Below, in pieces: positions 10,880-20,701 of a DNA stretch of 64,000 nt. The position numbers and the translations under genes are program-made. The stretch's first letter is position 1. Each line of letters opens with the position of its first letter. The notes beneath the pieces are model-generated. The model was not told the origin of the DNA. It saw nothing but the letters and a program-made list of their open reading frames with translations, and did not search any database. Source of the stretch: an uncultured Phycisphaerales bacterium (GTDB lineage Bacteria; Planctomycetota; Phycisphaerae; WQYP01); assembly GCA_963766775.1 (NCBI GenBank), contig CAVYBP010000006.1, positions 6,939-70,938 on the forward strand. The letters are read 5' to 3'.

Positions 10880-11346
10880 TCGTTCTTGATGTTGAAGTAG
10901 GAACCGCGAATGGTGCCGGCCAGCTTTGACTTCTGCCGTGCGAACTTGAACCGCGAGGCGAGCTCCGCGGGGATGTCCATCCCTTCGGAGAGCTTGAACC
11001 CGACCGCCCGCTTGGTGGGGCCGTCGACGGTGTACATCACGTTGATCGACAAGCCGCTCTCGTAGAAGACGTAGGCGATTCGGATGTTCTCGACCTCGAA
11101 GGCCGTGGCCTCGAGCGGGCGAGACGAGATCACGATGTCGCGTTCGTCCTTGAGGATCCGGTGCACCCAATCGATGGTCGTCTGAGCGACGCTCGCAGGC
11201 TCCACCGTGAAGACGTGGTCGTACTTGTTCTTGAAGTAGCGGGCCTCGTGCGCACGCAGACCAGCGAGCGCGGGTGCGACGGGCGAAGACTCCAGACCCA
11301 CGGTGGAGACGGTGTTGAAATCCACGGCGTTGGGCATGGCGCGCAC
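10873..11346 (-). CDS. Hypothetical protein, 157 aa
   Basis: Intact ORF with protein-like composition (..YFKNKYDHVFTVEPASVAQTTIDWVHRILKDERDIV..). It is visibly less GC-rich than its neighbours. No family recognised. Confidence 0.55.
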   Translation of the reverse strand: MRAMPNAVDFNTVSTVGLESSPVAPALAGLRAHEARYFKNKYDHVFTVEPASVAQTTIDWVHRILKDERDIVISSRPLEATAFEVENIRIAYVFYESGLSINVMYTVDGPTKRAVGFKLSEGMDIPAELASRFKFARQKSKLAGTIRGSYFNIKNDY

Positions 11347-11555
11347 TCTCCTGTCATCGGGGTTGGATGGTGTCGGTCTGCCGACTATGACCCCAAACCC
11401 AGACCCTAATGTGACATGGACCGGCTGCGCTTGCCAGCAGATTCGATCGCGAGCGGCCGAGGGCGCGGTCGGTCCGCCTGCATTCGCCAGTTGACAGGAA
11501 AGTGGAGGGACGGACTACGATCTCGCCGCTCTGAGCGCGGAGAGGAATGATCTAG

Positions 11556-14294
11556 GTGCGGCGGACGAATTACGGTGTCGGTCCTCGCGGTCGTCGCGCT
11601 CGCGGTCAGCGCGGTGGGAGCCGCGGCGCCTTCGGCGCACTCGCGCGCGATCCGCGATCGGCCCGGCGCATCTGGTTCGTCTGGCCGTGCTCTCCACGCG
11701 GGCTGACCTGGTCTCGGGAGGCGAGGCGCTGGTGCAGGTGTTCCTCCCGCCCGGCGCCCGGGCCGCCCAGACAAGGCTCGACGTCAACGGACGCGACGTC
11801 ACGCGGGAGTTCGCGGTGCTCAGCGGCGGAGAAGTTCGAAGGTCTGGTGACCGGCCTGGCCAACGGGCCCAACGTGCTGACCGCTCGGCTTCCCGACGGT
11901 TACGGAGCGCACCTGACGATCACCAACCACCCGATCAGCGGCCCGATCATCAGCGGCCCGCAGCTCGAGCCGTGGGGCTGCGAGTCCGGGCGCGACCGAC
12001 GCGGCCTGTGACAAGCCGGCCACGTACAGCTACGTACTACAAGTCGACCGACTCCACCAAGACCGGCCTGCAGCCCTACGATCCGGCGAACCCGCCCACC
12101 GACGTCGCCACGACGACGACGCAGACGGGGACGACCGTGCCGTTCATCGTCCGCGTCGAGACCGGCTACGAGGATCGCGATCAGTACCAGATCGCCGCGC
12201 TGTTCCAGCCGCGCAAGCCCTGGAGCGCGCTGGCGCCGCAACCCCAGTTCAACCACAAGCTGCTGATCACCCACGGGGTCTCGTGCGGGGTCGACTACCA
12301 GACCGGGACGGCACCGAGCGTGACCAGCTACAACCCGTCGCCGGTCTCCTCGCCGATCGTGCCGACCGCCGACAGCGGCCAGTACGCGCTCGGCGCCGGC
12401 TTTGCCGTGATGTCGACCGCGCTGGACTACAGCGGCCACAACTGCAACCTGCCGCTCCAGGCCGAGTCGCTGATCATGGCCAAGGAGCATCTGATCGACA
12501 CCTACGGGACGCTCCGCTACACGATCGGGACCGGGTGCTCGGGCGGCTCGCTCGCGCAGCAGTGGATCGCCAACGCCTACCCCGGCATCTACCAGGGGAT
12601 CCTGCCGACCTGCTCGTTCCCCGACGCGTGGGGAACGGCGACGCAGTTCCTCGACTACCACCTGATGCTGGCCTACTTCAACGACCCCTCGAAATGGGCG
12701 ACCGGGGTCGTGTGGAGCCCGACCCAGATGGCCGACGCCGAGGGGCACATCTCGATCGTCAACTCCGAGGTCAGCGACAACGCCCAGTGGCACGTGGCGG
12801 TCCCGACCGACAACTGCGCCGGCGTCACCGACGCTCAGCGCTACAACGCGCAGACCAATCCCGGCGGCGTGCGCTGCGACATCCAGGACGCGGCGATCAA
12901 CGTCTTCGGCCCCGATCCGCGGGCGGACTGGTCCGCGAGCGAGAAGAAGGCCGGCCATGGCTTCGCCGTGCCGCCGATCGACAACGTCGGCGTGGAGTAC
13001 GGCCTCGGCGCGCTGCAGCAGGGCAAGATCACGCCCGCGCAGTTCGTCGACCTGAACGAGAAGATCGGCGGGGTGGACATCGACACCAACCCGACCGCGA
13101 GCCGCATCGCGACGCGTGGGGCTGCGCTGGCGAATGCGTACCGCAGCGGCATGATCAACGAGACCAACAACCTCGACCAGACCGCGATCATCGACTGCCG
13201 CGGCCCCGACCCCGGTGCCTTCCACGACGCCTACCGGGCGTTCGCGCTGCGCGCGCGCCTGGATCGCGAGCACGGCAACCACGCCAACCAGCTGATCTGG
13301 GAGGGCCCGGCGCTGATCATCGGCGACACCCAGTGCAACCTCACCAGCCTGATCGCGATGGATCGCTGGCTCGGCGCGGTCGAGAAGGACACGAGCTCCA
13401 AGACGCAGGCGCAGAAGATCGCCGACGACAAGCCCTCCGACCTCGGCGACGAGTGCTACGACGGAAACGGGAACAAGGTCTCCGACGGGCTCTGCCCGCC
13501 CGGTGTCGTGCCGATCTACGGAACGCCGCGCACCGTCGCCGGCGACGCGATCACAACCGACGCCAACAAGTGCCAGCTCAAGCCGCTGAGTCGCTCGGGC
13601 AACTACGGGCCGATTCCGTTCACCGACGCGCAGTGGGCGCAGCTGCAGTCGCTGTTCCCGAACGGAGTGTGTGACTTCAGCAAGCCGGGCGTGGACCAGC
13701 AGCCGACGATCCCGTGGATGACCTATCAAGACGCGCGCGGCCACGTGATCTATGGCGGCCGGCCGCTGGGGCCGGCCGCCGGCGTCGGTCCCGTTCGGTC
13801 CCAGCGCCGCCTGCACCCGCGCCCCGGGCTTCATCGCCGGCTCGTCTCTCGGCCCGGTCAGGCTGGGCATGACCCGCGGTCAGACCCGTCGCTTGTTCCC
13901 GAGCTTCTCCACCCGCCACCGCCGCTACATGGACTTCTTCTGCCCGACCGTCCACGGGATCCGCGTCGGCTACCCCTCACCCGCTCTGCTGCGGACGCTC
14001 TCGCCAGCGCAGCGGGCGCGCGTGCGCGGCCGCGCGATACTCGTCCTGACCGCCAACCCCAGCTACGCCCTGAAGGGCGTGCACCCCGGGGCCAAGCTGG
14101 CCGCCGTCGCGCGACGGCTGAAGGTCGGACGACGGTTCCGGATCGGCCTGAACTCCTGGTACCTCGCCCCCGCCGGACCGAGCCGCGGCGTGCTCAAGGT
14201 CCGTCACGGCCGAATCGAGGAGATCGGACTCGCCGACAAGCGGCTGACCACCAGCCGCGCCGCCTCCAGGCGCTTCCTGGCCAGATTCTCCTGA
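11556..14294 (+). CDS. Large secreted serine-hydrolase-like protein (DUF6351-like; tannase/feruloyl-esterase-type GCSGG motif); frameshifted as written
   Basis: A signal peptide (TVSVLAVVALAVSAVGAAAPSAHS) sits in one frame. An N-terminal beta domain spans two more frames. A ~600-aa core in the frame of ORF 11687..14314 includes YTIGTGCSGGSLAQQW. The C-terminal domain is in the frame of ORF 13752..14294. There are at least 4 frame changes. Confidence 0.7.
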
Positions 14295-14338
14295 CCGCGG
14301 ATAGACGTGGGTGAAGCGGCAGGTCACCGAGCCGCCGC

Positions 14339-14369
<31 letters not shown>

Positions 14370-14448
14370 TGATGCAGCTACCGCATCGGCCTCATCTGCC
14401 GACACCGCTGCGCGGCGGCGAAGGCCAGTCGCCACGGCACCCGGTCAC

Positions 14449-14826
14449 TCAGCTGCTGCGGGCCACAAACGCTGCGACGGCTTTGATCTCGGCGTCGCTG
14501 AGTTGCCCGGCGAACGCGGGCATCGAACCGCCTCCGTTGCGTACTTGGCTCTCGACCTGCGAGGAGGTCAGCGGAGCTTGGCCGAGGTTCGGCCCCAGCC
14601 CGCCCGTGGTGCCGGCAGCGGCGAGCGTGTGGCACGAGCCGCAGTTATTGACGAACACCTGCTTGCCATCAACCGCGGTGACGCCGTAGGGTGAAGCGCC
14701 GGATGCGCCGTTGGCTTGGTCGTGCGCCACGAGCGCCGGGCCAAACAGCAGCATCACGATGACGATGCCTGCCACCAACCAGGTCACCAGCGCGAAGACC
14801 CTGTCGACTCGCTGGAGCACGGTCAC
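14449..14826 (-). CDS. Membrane-anchored class I cytochrome c
   Basis: The GTG start at 14824-14826 overlaps the upstream stop (GTGA). One TM helix (ALVTWLVAGIVIVMLLFG), then the heme motif CGSCH, and a distal GGSMPAF. Confidence 0.8.
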   Translation of the reverse strand: MTVLQRVDRVFALVTWLVAGIVIVMLLFGPALVAHDQANGASGASPYGVTAVDGKQVFVNNCGSCHTLAAAGTTGGLGPNLGQAPLTSSQVESQVRNGGGSMPAFAGQLSDAEIKAVAAFVARSS

Positions 14827-15377
14827 AAACTCGGGAACCCCTGGTGTTGCACGAACCACAGCGCGCTGAAGCACCAGGCCAGTACGAGAAGAGCAAACAC
14901 GAGCCCACCGGCCACCGGTAGCGCCCATCCCGGCAGGCCCTTCGAGCGGACGATCGTCACCTTGGTGGCAAACGCGCCGTAGAACGCACAGCCGAACAGC
15001 GAATGGACGAGCACACGGGCATTCGTGGTCTGGAAGCCGAGCGACCACAGGCAGTGATATGCCACCGGCAACGAGATCAAGAACGCTGCCCGCCCGGACA
15101 GCCGATGAGCGGTCCCAAGCCACGACGGCGCCCGCCACGGCAGCTTTCCATAGACCCAGAGCGCGGTGAGGACTTGCGCGACCGAGAACGCCAAGGCCAC
15201 GGTCGCCAGCCACACCTTCATCGCGATCGTCGACGACAGGCCCAGGGTGAAGACCAACTGCTGGCTCGGAGTGTGGACGCGCCCATACACACCCAGCGCG
15301 ACCGCGAGCGCCGCACCGAGCCCCGCCGCCAGCAGTAGCCTCGGCGCGGCCGGCCGTGGGACGCTCGTCGCACTCAC
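14823..15377 (-). CDS. Polytopic membrane protein (DUF6529-like)
   Basis: Intact 184-aa ORF with 5 hydrophobic helices and conserved His residues. It is translationally coupled to the cytochrome c gene. Confidence 0.55.
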   Translation of the reverse strand: MSATSVPRPAAPRLLLAAGLGAALAVALGVYGRVHTPSQQLVFTLGLSSTIAMKVWLATVALAFSVAQVLTALWVYGKLPWRAPSWLGTAHRLSGRAAFLISLPVAYHCLWSLGFQTTNARVLVHSLFGCAFYGAFATKVTIVRSKGLPGWALPVAGGLVFALLVLAWCFSALWFVQHQGFPSL

Positions 15378-15390
15378 AGCGAGCGCGAGT

Positions 15391-15861
15391 CTATCTGTTG
15401 TGATGCCCGCGGCGCGCTCGCAGCAGTTCAGTGTTCAATTCGTCACAGATCAGCTCCACCGCGCGCTGGCCGCCGAATCGGTATTCGGTCGGGGTCAGGA
15501 ACACCCGGCGGTTGCTCAGACTCATCGCCACGACCGGCCCGCCGTAGCCTCCGGGCACCTTACCGACGGCGAAGCCGGTGATCTCCGACCATGCATATGT
15601 CCTCGCCCGCCCGATGACCGGCACGCTCCTGATGCCCTCCGAGGACACGTGCACACCGGACCGCTCAGTGCAGAGCAGCAGGAGGACCGCAGTCAGCGTC
15701 AAGACGATCAGAGCCGCGGGAGAGTGGTGTTGATCGGCGACGACGGTCACCGCCCCCACCGCGACCATCGCACCGCCCAGCAGACGGATCGGCCACGGGC
15801 CTCTTCGGTACACCCGTACGCGCGTCGCCTCGGACGCGGGCTTGTCGCTGTCGGATGACAT
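15391..15861 (-). CDS. Membrane protein with a bacterial PH-like domain
   Basis: Intact 156-aa ORF with two TM helices followed by GVHVSSEGIRSV..YAWSEITGFAV..., the pattern seen in actinobacterial 2TM+PH proteins. Confidence 0.45.
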   Translation of the reverse strand: MSSDSDKPASEATRVRVYRRGPWPIRLLGGAMVAVGAVTVVADQHHSPAALIVLTLTAVLLLLCTERSGVHVSSEGIRSVPVIGRARTYAWSEITGFAVGKVPGGYGGPVVAMSLSNRRVFLTPTEYRFGGQRAVELICDELNTELLRARRGHHNR

Positions 15862-15900
15862 CGTCGGGGGTTCTCGTCACGTCGAAGTGTCCCACAGGGC

Positions 15901-16275
15901 TCAGTGCCCGAACCCGCAGGCGGTCGCGGCCTGCTTGAACGCGGGCGACGCCGCGTTGATCGTGTTCGGGATGGCGACCACGACCCCGCCGCGATCGATC
16001 ACCTGCCTGTACCCGTTCGGGCTGGACGGCAGCGTGAACGTCGGATCGGGAAAGGCGCTCACGCCGTGCCGGCGCATGCACTGCGAGACGTGAAGCATCT
16101 GGCTCTTGGCGTGCGCGGTCGGGTGCGCTGAGCCGGGGCCGCCGCTGGCGGCGGCGCTGCTCGGGCCCGATGACCCGCACGCGACGAGCGCGACTGCACA
16201 CGCGATCGCGGCGAGCGTGATCAAGGGGCCGTCGCTGGGACGGCTTCGGGGTTTGCTGATCCGCGCGCCATGCAT
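15901..16275 (-). CDS. Lipoprotein, hypothetical
   Basis: An internal ATG at 16273-16275 gives MHGARISKPRSRPSDGPLITLAAIACAVALVACGSS (lipobox LVAC). The C-terminal part has a Cys pair (SQCMRRHG...ATACGFGH). Confidence 0.5.
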   Translation of the reverse strand: MHGARISKPRSRPSDGPLITLAAIACAVALVACGSSGPSSAAASGGPGSAHPTAHAKSQMLHVSQCMRRHGVSAFPDPTFTLPSSPNGYRQVIDRGGVVVAIPNTINAASPAFKQAATACGFGH

Positions 16276-16330
16276 GTCGTTGAGCGTTCGGTCGGCCGCC
16301 GGCCAGGGGTGAGTTCTAGAGCGAGACCGA

Positions 16331-16352
16331 TAACAGCGACGTAACGCTGTTA
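16331..16352. promoter_or_regulatory. 22-bp palindrome TAACAGCG-acgtaa-CGCTGTTA; candidate operator
   Basis: Perfect 8-bp arms in an AT-richer patch of the divergent spacer upstream of the GH54-like gene. Confidence 0.35.
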
Positions 16353-16506
16353 CGCCGGCGTTATGCGGAAGGCGCCCGATGCCGATCGCTTGGGGGGCTC
16401 TCGCTTCGGGTAGTCCGCCGTCTCGCCACTCTGTTCGGTCTGTCGGGAGAGGATTGGATGAGCCACGAGCGATGCAGAACCCATCGCCCAGGCCGCGGCC
16501 GCGCGG

Positions 16507-17797
16507 GTGGCACGGAAGCTCGCGCGGGTGATGGCGGTCCTCGTCGCCTCCGCGCTGGCGCTGACGCCTGCGGCCGCGACGGCCGACCAACGCGGGGCGC
16601 CAAACGTCGCATGTCCGTCGCGCATCACCGCGTCGTCCGGCACCACCCAACCACAGTCGGCGCCATCACAAGCGCTCTCGACGCCACGCCCATGGCACGG
16701 AAGGGGTCGCGTCCGTGTGATCTGTACGCGAAGGCCGGGACCCCGTGCGTGGCTGCGTTCAGCTCGACCCGGGCGCTGTTCGCCGGCTACGCGGGACCGC
16801 TGTATGAGGTCAAGCGTGCGTCGGACGGCACGACGCTGAACATCGGCGTGCTCGCCCGCGGCGGGTACGCGAACGCGGCAGCGCAGGACGCGTTCTGTGC
16901 CGGCACGAGCTGCGTCGTGGAGAAGATCTATGACCAGACCGCCCACCACAACGATCTGGTCCCGCAGGGGCCGACGACAGCGGTCTACAGCAACACGACC
17001 TACTCGCATGACCCCGTCTCCGCGAGCGCGCTGCCGATCCTCGCCGGCGGCCATCCGGTCTACGGCTTGAAGTTCCAGAGCGGCTCACCGCACGGGCCTG
17101 CCGTGCCCCACGGCCGCCACGTGCATCGAAAATCGCGGGGCGGCCTACAACAACGGTCACGTCCGGGCCAAGGGGGTCGCGGTCAACGGACAGGCCGAGA
17201 GCGTCTATGGCGTCTTCGGCGGCACCTACTCGGGAAGCGACTGCTGCTTTGACTTCGGCAACTCCGAGGTAGCCGGAACCGACAACGGCAACGGCACGAT
17301 GGACGCGCTGAACTTCAGCCGGGACTGCTGGGACGCCTGCGGGCCCGGCGGGGGCCCGTGGGTTCAGGCCGACCTCGAGAACGGCATGTTCATGACCGGC
17401 ACCACGACGCCGACGCCGGAGGCCCCCACCGCCTTCATCGGAGGGTCGTTCCAATCCGGCGACGGATGGTGCTGCGCCGCGACATCTCACAACCTCGCGA
17501 TGCCCTACCCGTTCGTCACCGGCATGCTCGACAACCCCGGCGCCAGGACGTTCACGATCAAGGGCGCCAACGCCACCACCGGCGGACTCACGACGTTCTA
17601 CGGCGGACCCACCCCTCCCGGCAAGGGATACTCGCCGATGCGCCAGGAAGGAGCCATCATCCTCGGCTCAGGCGGCGACCAGGGCACCACCGACGGCGAG
17701 TTCTTCGAGGGCGTGATGACCGATCGGCGTGCCTCCCACCGCCACCGAGGCCGCCGTGCAGGCCAACATCGTCGGGGTCGGCTACAAGCTGCGATAG
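16507..17797 (+). CDS. GH54-type alpha-L-arabinofuranosidase B catalytic-domain protein, secreted; frameshifted as written
   Basis: Signal peptide MARKLARVMAVLVASALALTPAAA. Then PCDLYAKAGTPCVAAFSSTRALFAGYAGPLYEVKRASDGTT..CVVEKIYDQT..., CCFDFGN, GPWVQADLENGMF and PMRQEGAIILGSGGDQGTTDGEFFEGVMT. These parallel the fungal AbfB catalytic domain from memory. There are at least 3 frame changes. Confidence 0.7.
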
Positions 17798-18050
17798 CTC
17801 GCGATCCGGCGGGGCCGGCGCTGATGCGCTAGGCGCGCTGACCGCGCACATGGGTTCACCCCGCTTCGGGCGGCAGCCCGGCAGCGGAAGCGGCAGCGCA
17901 GCGGGGTGGGCCCCCCGGCGGGGATGAGTCCAGCGTCCAGGGATGTGAGCGTCTAGCCTGCCGGGATCGGGGTGGCGGTCGTCGGTCGGCGACATTGCGC
18001 TGATGATCGGCTGCTGCTGGAGAGGCTTCACCAGGAGAGAGGGGCTGCTC

Positions 18051-18163
18051 ATGCGGCGGTTTGGAGTGGTGGGCGTGATGGTCGGCGTGTTCAGTTTGGC
18101 CGGTGCCGGCTCGGCGCTGGCCGCGCAGGTGAACTTGTGTGTGCCGGTGAGCGCAGGGCCGGT
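18051..18163 (+). pseudogene. 5' fragment of a secreted repeat (adhesin-like) protein gene, cut by an IS256-family insertion
   Basis: The ATG at 18051 follows GGAGAGAGGGG. Signal peptide MRRFGVVGVMVGVFSLAGAGSALAAQVNLCVPVSAGP. The reading frame then enters the IS terminal repeat. Confidence 0.6.
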
Positions 18164-19662
18164 GACGTCGAGGTTGTCCGGATCGTCGTGGAACTTCGTT
18201 GGCGATCCTCACGGATTGACGGTCACACGGTAACGGGCTCGCGGGTCTCGTGATGGTCGCGGTTGTTGTTGGCGATGAGGATGCTGTGACGCTCGATCGC
18301 GATCACGAGCTTGGCGAGGTCGCGGTAGCCGATGATCCTGCGGAACTGCTGCTCGGCGACGAGCATCCCGGCGGCGGTCCAGCGCTTGCGCATGTCACCG
18401 TCCTGCCAGCGCTTGACGTTGCGCTGCGTGTACCGGACGATCTCGATCATCGACTCGCACGGGTTCGTCGAGCACAGCGTCTTTGAGAGCTGCCCATCGA
18501 TCCCGAGCCGCATCAGCGTCAGCGTGTCGTGCATCCCTTCGCGGAGTGAGGCGGCGGCGTCGGGCCAGGTGCGGTCGAGGTCTGAGGCGAGCAGCTCGAG
18601 TCGCTCGTGCGCGAGGTGATGGTCGCTCAGCGCCCACGCGCCGCGGATCCGGACGAGGACCTTGGGCCGGTCTCGCTCGGGCAGCAGGTCGGTGACGTTG
18701 CGTTCTTTGTGGCGGTGGCAGCGATGCACGAGCGCGTGCTCGCCGAACACGTCCTTGATCGCCTTGCGCAGCGCCTTGCCGCCGTCGATCACGAACAGGA
18801 TCCCCTGCTCAGGATCGAGGCCGCGGTCGACGAGGTCTGAGAGCAGCATCCCGACCAGCGTCGCGTTCTCCGTCGAGCCTTCCCACAGCCCGAGCGGGAT
18901 CTTCACTCCCTCGGTCGAGATCCCGAGCGCGACGACGTGCGTGCGCTCAGCGATCTCGAGCCCGTCGAGCATCATCACCGCCAGGCGCGTGTCGTGCAGC
19001 CGGCGCGCCATCAGCTCTGAGAGCGCGGTGCGAGTCCGCTCGATGAACAGCTCTGACACCGTCGACTTGCCCGTCGAGCTCGCTTCCTGCTCGACGTCCT
19101 CGCCGACCGGCTCGCCGACGACCGCGAACTTGCGGGTCGAGACGCCGGCGAGCACCCGGTCCATCACCGCCCGGGTCAACGGGTCACGATCAGCGAAGTA
19201 CTCGTAGCTGGCAACGGGCAGCTCGTGCTCGTCGTCGGCCGTCCGGATCCGCGGACGACTGACCGAGACGCGCCGGCCGCCGAGCGTCATCGACCCGTCC
19301 TCGTGGCCGTGACGCTTCGCCGTCCGGTCGGGGTTGTGCTTGTGCTTCGGGCCGACGACCTCGTCGACTTCGCGCTCCATCAACTGATGCACGACGCCCA
19401 GGCCGAGACCGACGCTCAGCGCGAGCAGTCCCTCCCTCGCTGCCCCGACGAGCTCGCCGAGCGCCTCCTGAATCTCCGCAGGCAGCGGCAACTCCGACGC
19501 CTGCGTGGTCGTGACGACCTGCGGTCCGGATACCTTCTTCATGGCGGTCCTCCTGTCCTGACGGACTTGGTTTGGCAACCACGAACGCTCCCAACAAGAG
19601 CGGACGAGGCGGGAGGACCGCCACTCAAAGTTCTACGAGGTTCCGGACAACCTCGTGACGTC
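18164..19662 (-). mobile_element. IS256-family insertion sequence (~1.5 kb)
   Basis: Imperfect terminal inverted repeats: left gacgtcgaggttgtccggatcgtcgtggaactt (18164-18196), and right 19628-19662, whose reverse complement is gacgtcacgaggttgtccggaacctcgtagaactt. They enclose one mutator-type transposase gene. No target-site duplication could be confirmed by eye. Confidence 0.8.
18223..19542 (-). CDS. IS256-family (Mutator-type) transposase
   Basis: Intact ORF (18223..19578; likely start MKKVSG at 19542). Family-typical stretches are ..VMMLDGLEIAERTHVVALGISTEGVKIPLGLWEG.., FVIDGGKALRKAI and VHRCHRHKERNV. Confidence 0.9.
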   Translation of the reverse strand: MKKVSGPQVVTTTQASELPLPAEIQEALGELVGAAREGLLALSVGLGLGVVHQLMEREVDEVVGPKHKHNPDRTAKRHGHEDGSMTLGGRRVSVSRPRIRTADDEHELPVASYEYFADRDPLTRAVMDRVLAGVSTRKFAVVGEPVGEDVEQEASSTGKSTVSELFIERTRTALSELMARRLHDTRLAVMMLDGLEIAERTHVVALGISTEGVKIPLGLWEGSTENATLVGMLLSDLVDRGLDPEQGILFVIDGGKALRKAIKDVFGEHALVHRCHRHKERNVTDLLPERDRPKVLVRIRGAWALSDHHLAHERLELLASDLDRTWPDAAASLREGMHDTLTLMRLGIDGQLSKTLCSTNPCESMIEIVRYTQRNVKRWQDGDMRKRWTAAGMLVAEQQFRRIIGYRDLAKLVIAIERHSILIANNNRDHHETREPVTV

Positions 19663-20691
19663 GAATGGATCGGCCACGTCGTGTTCGACCGGCAACACGG
19701 CGGTGGCGTTGCCGGCCAGCGCGGTCGATCAGCACACCTTGCTCTCCATCCTGCCGCACATCTCATTCATTGCCAGCGGCGTGGCGGGCAAGCCAACGAT
19801 CCGCCTGAGTGGACTGAACGTGCAGGTGGTGCCGGCGCTGGAAGCTTCTCATCGACCTTCACTTACTGTGAGACGCCCGGCTACTCCCCGACGGTCAGCG
19901 GGGGCTGGCTCAACATCGCCAGCGCCCGCAATACATCTGTCAGCGGCGGCTTCGAAAACCAGGCGTCCGGAGATGACGCGACGATCAGTGGATGTGACGA
20001 GTGTTCCGCGGGCGGCTATGGCGCATCGGTCACCAGCGGTATCGAAAATACGGCCAGCGGTCAGCAGGCGTCGGTGAGCGGCGGCGTACATAACACCGCC
20101 AGCGGTGAAGACGCGTCGGTCAGTGGTGGCACTGGCAACACAGCCAGCGGCAACGCCAGCTCGGTGAGCGGCGGCTACGCCAACACGGCCTCAGCAAACT
20201 ACGCCTCCGTCAGTGGCGGGGAGTCAGGCTCCGCGGTCGGACCCGCGGCGTCGGTCAGCGGCGGCGACAGCAACATCGCTTCGGGCAACGACTCCTCGGT
20301 CAGCGGCGGGAGCAGCAGCAGTGCCTCAGGCGATCACGCTTCGGTCACAGGAGGAGACAACAACCTCGCAGCCGGTGTGTTCGCCTCGGTCGGCGGCGGG
20401 ATTTTCAACGATGCCTCTGAGCAGTACGGCTCGATTCTCGGCGGCTGCTCGAATCTCACCGGCGCTGGCCCCAATCCGTACGCCAACAGCTGCACCACGT
20501 TCTCGACGCCCTTCGCCGACGCGGTCGCAGGAGGGAGAGGCAACAAGGCGAACGGAGCCAGCGGCTCGATCAGCGGCGGGCTCACCAACAGCGCGACTGG
20601 CAGCGCGACGTCGGTGGCCGGCGGCCACAACGAGGCGCTCACAGGACCCGCCAACGAGAGCGAGGTAGGAAACACCACGTTCGGTCCGTGA
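19663..20691 (+). pseudogene. 3' part of the IS-disrupted secreted repeat protein gene (about 15 Ser/Gly-rich 13-14-residue repeats, YadA-head/Hep_Hag-like)
   Basis: Directly after the IS: NGSATSCSTGNTAVALP..LLSILPHISFIASGVAGKPTIRLSGLNVQVV. After one frame change come repeats of the form NTASGxxASVSGG up to 20691. Confidence 0.6.
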
Positions 20692-20701
20692 CCGGGCTGA
20701 G

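Noticed and set aside
11900-13870. 656-aa minus-strand ORF antisense to the tannase-like hydrolase gene, with similar long antisense or shadow ORFs at 31030..32253, 29990..31033, 16350..17054 and 5338..6189
   Set aside because: Low-complexity Arg/Gly/Pro/Ala-rich translations with no motifs. They mirror well-supported genes on the other strand, a typical GC-rich shadow-ORF effect.
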